Below are positions 53,955 to 64,000 of a stretch of DNA of 64,000 nt, piece by piece. This DNA is from Eledone cirrhosa (Eukaryota). Under the pieces are notes generated by a model. That model was given only the letters and a program-made list of their open reading frames with translations, was not told where the DNA came from and ran no database searches. Position 1 is the first letter of the stretch. Every line of letters begins with the position of its first letter. A program made the translations under genes and the position numbers. Location: assembly GCA_964016885.1 (NCBI GenBank), contig OZ024743.1, forward strand, positions 76,632,001-76,696,000, written 5' to 3'.

Positions 53955-54225
53955 CACCTCAATTGCCCCTGCTCTCTTTAACATTACACCAAAACACATT
54001 AAAACAGAAACAGACCCCATAAAGTTCAAGAAGTCTTTGGACAAATTCCTTCAAGAAATCCCGGATAAACCTCCTACGCCCGGATATGTCTCCGTAAACA
54101 ATAACCCTGTACTTGAGTGGGCCAGGTGCCCAAATCCTGATTTGAAAGATTTCGCCAGGTGGTGTTATTAAGTTTGGCATGACCTGGGCCAATACTGGCC
54201 AAAACCAATCAAAGTTATCAAAGTT
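53955..54225 (+). mobile_element. short 3' end of the same CR1-like family, opposite orientation
   Basis: Diverged reverse-complement match to ~52241-52505, with the same (ATCAAAGTT)2 tail. Confidence 0.8.
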
Positions 54226-54246
54226 AGTATATATAAGTATATATTA

Positions 54247-54346
<100 letters not shown>

Positions 54347-54440
54347 TATATATATATATATATATATGTATATTATATATATACAGATATATGTATATTA
54401 TATATATACATATATATATATATGTATATTATATATATAC

Positions 54441-54507
<67 letters not shown>

Positions 54508-54571
54508 ATATATTATATATATATATGTATATTATATATATATATGTATATTATATATAAATATATATATA

Positions 54572-54634
<63 letters not shown>

Positions 54635-54730
54635 ATGTATATTATATATAAATATATATATATATATTATATATATATATGTATATTATATATAAATATA
54701 TATATATATATTATATATATATATGTATAT

Positions 54731-54789
<59 letters not shown>

Positions 54790-54790
<1 letters not shown>

Positions 54791-55100
54791 GTAGGAGGTG
54801 AGTTTTATTGTAGTACAATAAAGCAATGCAGACATCGGATAATAAGCACTCTAAGTTTGTAGGACTGGAGTATACATAATATATAAGAACAAAAGATGGT
54901 TAAAAGAGTTCCATATATTTTATTATGCGCATTGATATGTTGATTTAAAACTGAACTATCCACAAGTGTTTATTAACCTTCATATCATGTCTTCATGTTT
55001 TATCTGATGAAAACACAAATATTATTTTATGATGATATTTGTTTTTGAAATGCGCATAATAAAATACATGGAACTCTTTTAACCATCTTTTGTTCTTATA
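54790..55100. mobile_element. inverted PLE-type repeat; hammerhead at 54997-55066 (+), family of 27.7-28.0 kb
   Basis: TTTTAT-CTGATGA-AAACACAAATATTAT..ATGATATTTGTTTTT-GAA-ATGCGCAT-A-ATAAAA. Confidence 0.78.
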
Positions 55101-55159
55101 TATTATATATATTATATATATATATGTATATTATATAAATATATATATATATATATATA

Positions 55160-56440
55160 TTTATTAAAATAACAGATTAAAGTTTAAGCAAAGAATCGCT
55201 GCTTTCACCCTTAACGGGATCTTCTGAGGCCCTGGAAATACTCTACGCTACAGACCACATCTTAAACAAAAAATCTGAGGCAATTTTGGCTTGTAAACAT
55301 AAATTGCACAAAACTTTCCTGTATTACAGCCCCACGTTATACCCTAACGGATAGCACGATCTATACGTGGATATTTTACGTCTTGATGTGGGAGCTAAGT
55401 ATATGTTTTGTTTATTCCTTTACTTATTTGCATAGGTAAGTATATATTACCCGTATGTTTTGTGAAGGTATGTATACCTTCTCGTACGTATATTTGACTG
55501 TTATAGCGTATAATTTTTACATATTTTGGTATTTAGGGTTTGGCTATGTGTATAAGGGAGTTTTGCGTCCGCGTGAGTGTGCAGGTTCGTACGTATGGTG
55601 GGTGTGTGTATATGTGTACTTCTTGTTTTAGTTGACTTACGTCTCCGAACATTCGTGTATTTATATGTAGGTATGCGTGTGCGCTTGTTATATATGTATT
55701 TATTTATTTATATACGTTTATATAATTATTTATTTATTTGTACACAAGCATACACACACACACATATTTATATGTGCGTGGTTTTGTATACCCATGGTAA
55801 GGTTTTGCGTATGCTTGTGTATGTACGTATCTGTTTGCGTGTATGTATTTATTTGTTTCTATTACTTCTGTATTGTATTTATTTACTTTGTTCTTAACTC
55901 TGTAGCGGAGATTCATTTGGTCTCCTAGTTAGAATTTTAGTCTACGATTTCTGCTATACCATTTACGTGGTTTTGTCTTTGCGTGCTATTGTTCTCCACG
56001 CTCCACATATGACTTATTATCTTCGTTTTTTCGTTCATTGCCAGAGAACGTCTCTATGCACCACCTAAGAGAACATTAGTCTACGACCTCTTTTATACCA
56101 TAAACGTGGTTTTGTCTTTGCGCGTAATTGTTTTTCACCGCTCCTATTAATGACGTATTATTCGTTTTTCCCGTTCTTTGCCAGCGAACGTTACCACGAA
56201 CCAAAGTATCGTCTTCCTGTCTTCCTCCGGTTGCAACGTTTTTTGAAATATCCAGTTCTGCGTTTACAGATTGACTTTGTTAGTTTCAGAAGATCCCGTT
56301 AAGGGTGAAAGCAGCGATTCTTTGCTTAAACTTTAATCTGTTATTTTAATAAATATTTGCTCTACGGTTCTTATATATTTGATATATATTTTCCTTATCG
56401 AGCCCTCTTTGGATTTTAGTCTTCAATTTTATTATTATTA
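55160..56440 (+). mobile_element. 5'-truncated Penelope-like element: endonuclease C-terminus, 3' UTR, CAGAAGA hammerhead (56282-56332), inverted arm 55160-55227
   Basis: EALEILYATDHILNKKSEAILACKHK matches the PLE GIY-YIG tail; AGTTT-CAGAAGA-T-CCC-GTTAA-GGG-T-GAA-AGCA..TGCT-T-AAACT. Confidence 0.75.
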
Positions 56441-56441
56441 C

Positions 56442-56473
<32 letters not shown>

Positions 56474-56569
56474 ATGTATATTATATATAAATATATATAT
56501 ATATATATTATATATAAATATATATATATATATATTATATATATATGTATATTATATATATATGTATAT

Positions 56570-56602
<33 letters not shown>

Positions 56603-56643
56603 GTATATTATATATAAATATATATATATATATATTTGTATAT

Positions 56644-56822
<179 letters not shown>

Positions 56823-56951
56823 GGAAAGTTATATTTAAATTGTTGGGTTACAACTAGTAAATATTTATAACTGATATAAAAGCACTCAACAAGTATTTGG
56901 AGTATATTTACGATATTAAATAAATGGAAACTATATTTATAAAATTATATC

Positions 56952-57017
56952 TATTTCATTATATATATTTCAGGGATATCATATTAACAATATGTTATGC
57001 CTTCTTCAGACAAAATA
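56952..57017 (-). ncRNA. hammerhead ribozyme
   Basis: Reverse complement TATTTTGT-CTGAAGA-AGG..CATATT-GTT-AATATG..CCT-GAA-ATATATAT-A-ATGAAATA. Confidence 0.78.
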
Positions 57018-57096
57018 CAATATACACAGTTTTATAAATAAATAAATTTGACATACCGTTCAACATCGACTTGTATTTGAAAAGTTGATTTGGCAG

Positions 57097-57153
<57 letters not shown>

Positions 57154-57154
57154 T

Positions 57155-57452
<298 letters not shown>

Positions 57453-57469
57453 GTGTATATATATATATG

Positions 57470-57514
<45 letters not shown>

Positions 57515-57525
57515 GTATATATATG

Positions 57526-57557
<32 letters not shown>

Positions 57558-57558
57558 C

Positions 57559-57662
<104 letters not shown>

Positions 57663-57678
57663 GTATATATATATATAA

Positions 57679-57735
<57 letters not shown>

Positions 57736-57866
57736 ATGCGAGAAAAACCATAAACCCTCCATCTCAATTGTACACTTGAAAAAAGCACAAGAACTGCGAA
57801 ACCGGTAAAGGAACCAACTAAATATTTTTTAAAAGACTGCAGTTGCATTTTCAATTTCATCTTTTT

Positions 57867-57994
<128 letters not shown>

Positions 57995-58424
57995 TATATA
58001 TATATAAATTTCGTTTCTGAATTTGTTTAGCAAGATTCTTTATCTGAAAACGTGTGTTGAAACCGATATTGTTATACTTTGGGAGGGTCATGTTGCCAAT
58101 AAGAAACACCCGCACCAGTTGCTTTCACTCCAATTTATTATAAATTAAATTTATAAATTTAAGAAATTTGTAAATTTCCGGTTGGTTGGTTGGTTCCACA
58201 ACCGGACGGTTGTTCATATATTGTCAAAGTTCTTTCGTCACACATTCTGTAACTTCTTCAGTGACTGGGGATTCTTTTCTTTGTTTTGTGCCTCTCCTTT
58301 GTTCTGTCCTACGCCATCTTGTATATATATATATATAACGAAGGAAATGTGGTAAGGAACCAGGTGGACCATAACGCACCAAAGTACTCAATACTTAGGG
58401 TAGTAGAGTGGGGTCCTACTCGTT

Positions 58425-58482
<58 letters not shown>

Positions 58483-58841
58483 TGTAGAAAAGCTTCTACA
58501 GGACTAGAATTGTTTCATTCGTGAGAAATCATTTATACTCTGCTTTGTATTGAGTACTTTACTGTGATTACCCCCCTATTGAACCCGGGATAAACTTATA
58601 TATATATATATATATATATTAGTATATATAAGTATATAAGTACTTGAGGTTATTTGGTAAGGTTTCACATGGTTTTTATATAAAACTAGCTGTTCTAACC
58701 CACTACGTCTGGGATTACTAAGCACGGCATTTTTTAACATAGCAATAAAACTGTCCAACCACATCTACTGGACTGGAAGAGTTGTCTTATAACAACGGTT
58801 GCAATACCCTCCACCCTTCTAGCTCACAGATACATACTGAT

Positions 58842-58857
58842 CCTCTCTCTCTCTCTC

Positions 58858-58893
<36 letters not shown>

Positions 58894-58944
58894 GCTTCTC
58901 TAGCTCTCTCTAGCTCTCTCCCTCTTTCTTTCTCTCTCTCGCTT

Positions 58945-58975
<31 letters not shown>

Positions 58976-59052
58976 CTATCTATCTCTCTGTCTCTCTCTA
59001 GCTCTCTCTAACTCTCTCTAGCTCTCTCCCTCTTTCTTTCTCTCTCTCTCTC

Positions 59053-59083
<31 letters not shown>

Positions 59084-59262
59084 AGCTCTCCTCCCATCTC
59101 TCGCTCTCTCTCTCCCTCTCTCTCTCTCGCTCTGTCTCTCCCTCTCTCTCTCTCTAGCCCTCCTCCCATCTCTCGCTCTCTCTCTCTCCCTCTCTCTCTC
59201 TCGCTCTGTCTCTCCCTCTCTCTCTCTCTAGCTCTCTCCCTCTTTCTTTCTCTCTCTCTCTA

Positions 59263-59340
<78 letters not shown>
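58842..59340. repeat. (CT)n-derived low-complexity tract
   Basis: Direct reading. Confidence 0.9.
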
Positions 59341-59344
<4 letters not shown>

Positions 59345-59696
59345 ATTTATACCGCTACTTCAACGGCCTCTACTCTGTCTTAGTTAAATACATATCACTC
59401 CCATCAAGCTCCATACGATACACCCGGCCCCTTCTTCTCGTATCCTTCCCTCATCATCTACTCACTGCCCTATTTCTTGCACCACACTGGTTCGATGAAA
59501 TTGGGCTCATTTCTCTTAACAGGTATTTATATTTTTCTTATACCTTACAGAATTCCCTCTGACGACAAACTGTTCAGTTAACGATAACATATCAAACCAT
59601 TGCAATGGTCAGCGTTATTCTTTAGTTTTTAGACCATAACGCACCAGAGTACTCGATACTTAGGGTAGTAGAGTGAGTAATAGGAAAAGAGTCAGG

Positions 59697-59792
59697 GCCC
59701 CGATGGCAGAGCTCCGGCCATTTCGACAGCTAGATCCGAACTAAGCCAGAAGTATTAGGACGGCGAGGATCTAACTGAACTTATCAAGGGGT
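59697..59792 (-). ncRNA. intact U3-A8 hammerhead of the family otherwise seen as half-ribozyme palindromes
   Basis: Reverse complement ACCCC-TTGATAA-GTTCAGTTAGATCC...GGATCTAGCTGTC-GAA-ATGGC-CGGAGCTCT-GCCAT-C-GGGGC; short inverted arm at 59812-59838. Confidence 0.78.
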
Positions 59793-60078
59793 ATAGTCCA
59801 TATATGGGCATGCCATCGGGGTCCTGACTCTTTTCCTATATATATATAAACAGGTATTTTTATTTTGAATGATAAAGTTGACGATTTCCTCTGATGATTG
59901 ATTCGCGTCCCCCATAACTTAACTAAAATCGCTAGTTGGTGATCGATGGTCGATTGATTTTAAGTTCTGGTACTTCGAATCATGAAATAACGTTTTTTTT
60001 CCATATAAAGTGCATATTTTTTCCTTGATATATGTACTTTGTATATATACAAGATAATGCGTCTTCTTATAAGATCAT

Positions 60079-60159
<81 letters not shown>

Positions 60160-60306
60160 ATTTTAATTATATATATATATAAATATATATATATATATGT
60201 ATGTATAAATGAAAGTATAGAAATGATTGTGAGCGTGAAGCCAACAGTATTTCATAATATATAAGTGACTATAACGTCAAAATGGAAAAATAGTTAACGT
60301 AAGATG

Positions 60307-60345
<39 letters not shown>

Positions 60346-60400
60346 TCCGTAGGAAAGGTAAAGGAAAGGAGAGTGCTCTAGGTAGGCTACAGAGCTATTT

Positions 60401-60636
<236 letters not shown>

Positions 60637-60985
60637 TAAGTTATTCCGGGTTGAATCGGAGGTAATCACAGTAAGTAAGGTACTCAATACATAGCAGAAT
60701 ATAAAAGTTTGAAACGGAATTTCAAAAGTGAAACGAAATTTCATTTCTCACTCTTAGTACGGCTGTTACTTAAATATAAGTATGTATACGTACATACATA
60801 TATGAATACAGACGTACAGTAGTATGTATATATATATATACATACATGCACACATATATATATGTACGTATGGATTCACCGAACATTTATTATAATGATC
60901 GGTGTATTTGTAAACAAACATCCCGAATTAAGCCATACAGTGTCTAGCAACCATCGTTGCTCATTTGTTCAACACTGACAAAGGA

Positions 60986-61028
60986 ACGCTGTTCTAGTTT
61001 CAAGCTTATTAGCTATCGTCAGCAACGT
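60986..61028 (-). ncRNA. hammerhead copy (family of 7048-7090) with a mutated cleavage triplet
   Basis: Reverse complement ACGTTG-CTGACGA-TAGCT-AATA-AGCT-T-GAAACTAGA-A-CAGCGT. Confidence 0.62.
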
Positions 61029-61178
61029 ATACCTTCCTGCCAGATGGTTGAACGTCTGAAAGTATATACTTTCCTTATGCATATTAACCGCTGAGCAGCC
61101 TAATTTGCATATCAAGTGAGTTAATCGGCCGGGGTACCGAAAACGATAAACGGAAAAAATGAAACGAAATTTATATAT

Positions 61179-61239
<61 letters not shown>

Positions 61240-62000
61240 AGGGTTAGATCCCGTTCCGTTCTGTGATATAATCCACCACTCTCCATTGGAATTAAGAACT
61301 TACCTAGTCTTTTATTTAACGCACTAGATAAATGTTTTCCCAGATCACATAAATACAGTAAAATCTTTAATTGACACACATTAAACTTCCTTACTCAACT
61401 ACTAAAAATATTGCCCAAAATATAGCAAAAATTAACAATAGAAATCTTGGAATTAAATATAGGAAGATAACTCACAATTGTAAACATAAAATCCCTAATA
61501 GAATAAACAACATCTCGTATAGCAGTAATAGTACCTGTAACATAGAAGAGAGAAACCTACCAACAGACAGACACTGAGATGGAACTTTGAATAGTAACGG
61601 AAATAATTGTAATTTTTGCCCACTAAATAATAACTGTCTTGATAGGAATTTAGTTTATGAATGCATAGTTAAAACGAATAATAAATCTTATAGTTATATT
61701 AGTGCAACTTCTTCTAAATTTAAAGAAAAGTGGTATAACCATCGCCACTCGTTTAAAAGAAAAGATAAAAGATTTAGCACAGCCCTCTCAGAATTGATTT
61801 GATCGCTTAAAAATAATAATATTCAATATTCCGTTTCTTGGCAGAAACTTTCTCGTGCTTTTCCTTATGAAAAAGCATCTATATCTAAGGGGTGTGACCT
61901 CTGTACCACAGAGATTCTTCACATCATAGACAATAGATAAATAATTATAGATAAACGCTCGGAGATTTTTAGTTCTTGTCTTCACAGATTCAGCAAAACT
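61240..62000 (+). pseudogene. Penelope-like linker and GIY-YIG endonuclease fragment, degenerate
   Basis: YNPPLS..FNALDKCFPRSHKYSKIFN.HTIKLPYSTTKNIAQNI; CPLNNNCLDRNLVYECIV..YISATSSKFKEKWYNHRHSF; paralogous to 40.6-41.3 kb. Confidence 0.82.
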
Positions 62001-62892
62001 TTTCATAGGGTATTTAGTTAAATTTTAAATAAAGCTAAATAGACTATGAAATAAGCAATACAAAATTTCTCTATATATAGTTTCAAGCTAATTTGTTGTT
62101 AAAATGTAAATAATTCTAAATAGACTATTAAATAAGTAATATATTTTTTTATTATAGCTTTAACAACTATCTTAAATTTTAAATAGTATCTAAGTGAATT
62201 AAATCTAACATAAAATGATAAAATAGGCTACAATATATACCTCTTTTCCTTTGAACTAATTGATTAATCCGGTAACATGATACCCTAGCCAGTTCAAAAA
62301 AATAGCAACGCCAACTGTTAAATATTTTTCCACTCATATAATATCTACTAAAATACAATTGTAAATATAAACTAAGATAAATTGGCTACGAAATTAGTAA
62401 TTAAAATTTTCTTTTATAGTTATATTATAACGTCAGCATCTTTGAATAAATATCTAAAAATGTCGAAACTGTTTCGATATAGTATCTAATTTAATCTAAC
62501 ATAAGTGATAAATAAATAGAATAACGGTCCATACTTGTTTTCTTTTGATCTATTTGACCAATCTGGTAACCTCATACTCTAGCCAGTTCAAAAACACCAA
62601 CACCAACTGTAATATTTTTCCCACTTTTCTGTGACGATGTTTTTTCCTGGCATATGCTTGCCGGTCACCGAACTAAATAGCTTGTCTCAGACCGCCTGCA
62701 TATCAAATGATATCTACGTCTCCTGTAGATTTCATCTGACGAGAACATGTTTTGACTTATATATAAGCCATACACCTTCTAAATACGTATAATAAAATAA
62801 ATAGGGGATGGACTAAAGTAACTGTCTTTTTTGTTTATTATTATTATAACAATACTCCGGATAAACATATACCATTGAGTGCTTGACATCTG

Positions 62893-63013
62893 TTATATAA
62901 AAGTCGGCTGATTCATAATCAACTAACTCTCTCTAATTGAACAAATATGTATATATATATATATTTGTTCAATTAGAGGGAGTTAGTTGATTTAGAATCA
63001 GCCGACTTTATAT
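62893..63013. repeat. short inverted repeat centred on a (TA)n tract
   Basis: AAGTCGGCTGATTC..CTAATTGAACAAAT-(AT)n-ATTTGTTCAATTAG..GAATCAGCCGACTT. Confidence 0.8.
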
Positions 63014-63017
63014 AGGC

Positions 63018-63062
<45 letters not shown>

Positions 63063-63098
63063 ATTAATAAATGGAAACTATCTTTATAAAACCATATT

Positions 63099-63161
63099 TA
63101 TTTTATTATATATATTTCAAGGGTACCAACATTTTTGGTACGCATCTCATCAGATAAAATA
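63099..63161 (-). ncRNA. hammerhead ribozyme
   Basis: Reverse complement TATTTTAT-CTGATGA-GATGCGTACCAA..TTGGTACCCTT-GAA-ATATATAT-A-ATAAAATA. Confidence 0.75.
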
Positions 63162-64000
63162 TAAAAGTTGTTTTACAGATAGTGACATATTCAAAACAAG
63201 AACTTATCGTTTTAAGTTCTGTTTGAATAGTGAAGAAGAATTTCAAATCTTGGGATGAATATGCTAATGAGGATAACGTTAAAATTGAAAAAGATCGTAA
63301 TATTTAGACGTTAGATAAATTAAAATAATTATTAGGATTATTTTTTAAGGTCAGAGAAGATGGAGGTTAATATTAGGGTGGAAGAAATTTAAGGAAAGAA
63401 TACAAGAAAAAAGTACATTAGAGTTAGAAATATGCTATTTATATTAATATATGTATATAAATTGTATGGAACATATTTGTGAGGGTGTAGTGAAAGTGAA
63501 ACAATTATACTTAATTATTCAATTATTTAATTATACATTTTGGGAGTATCCATAATATAATGTGAGAATTATAAATGTGTTAAAGTAGGAGAATATTCAT
63601 TTAAAAAGTGAGAGATATATTGTATTCATATATACGATTGGGTCTATTCTAATGGTGTTTTAATATTATAGAGATAATATTTATAAGTATATTTTATGAA
63701 GATTAGAGTTGTAAGTATATTTTATTTACTTATATTACGACAGGTTATTTATATATGAATAATTTTGGTTAGTATATATGTTTTTTTTTTAATAGAGAGA
63801 TAATTTAAATATTTTTTATATATGAAGAGCTACGATAAATTTTTGTTTACATTTTCAATATATGTTTTAAGAAAACAGGAAGCAGTTCTATTTTATTATA
63901 GAAGATTATTTTGTACATTCAATAGTTGCATCAGGATAGGAATAAATACATACTTTATTTATGCAAAGTTTAGCTGTTATTTAGAAAAAATGTGCAAGCG

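Noticed and set aside
59555-59960. isolated CTGACGA (59559) and CTGATGA (~59891) cores; also CTGACGA at ~62736
   Set aside because: No convincing downstream GAAA with stem III and stem I.

Overview
Repeat-saturated, AT-rich animal genomic DNA with no confidently identifiable host gene. The tRNA-derived SINE families resemble those of coleoid cephalopods, so the source is probably Octopus (inference). Most ORF-track entries are microsatellite artefacts: (TA)n, (CA)n, (GGT)n, (CAC)n. Real coding remnants are all transposon-derived: a 5'-truncated Tx1/L1-clade LINE flanked on both sides by (GATA)n, RTE and CR1-like LINE pieces, a D,D34D mariner fragment, a full-length Chapaev (CMC) transposon with one stop codon, Helitrons, and several Penelope-like element (PLE) RT and GIY-YIG fragments. 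The dominant hidden signal is about 35-40 (manual count) type-I hammerhead ribozyme (HHR) motifs from more than a dozen families. They sit in PLE-type terminal repeats inserted in (TA)n tracts, often as inverted or tandem pairs. They show non-canonical cores (U3-A8 covariant UUGAUAA/UUGAAAA, also CCGA and CAGA cores), compensatory changes in stem II, and mostly family-specific palindromic stem III sequences. Several palindromic insertions are centred on the ribozyme stem II loop, suggesting fold-back priming. Two long minisatellites are present (35 bp and 43/44 bp units); the first was visibly born from a SINE head plus its target-site duplication.
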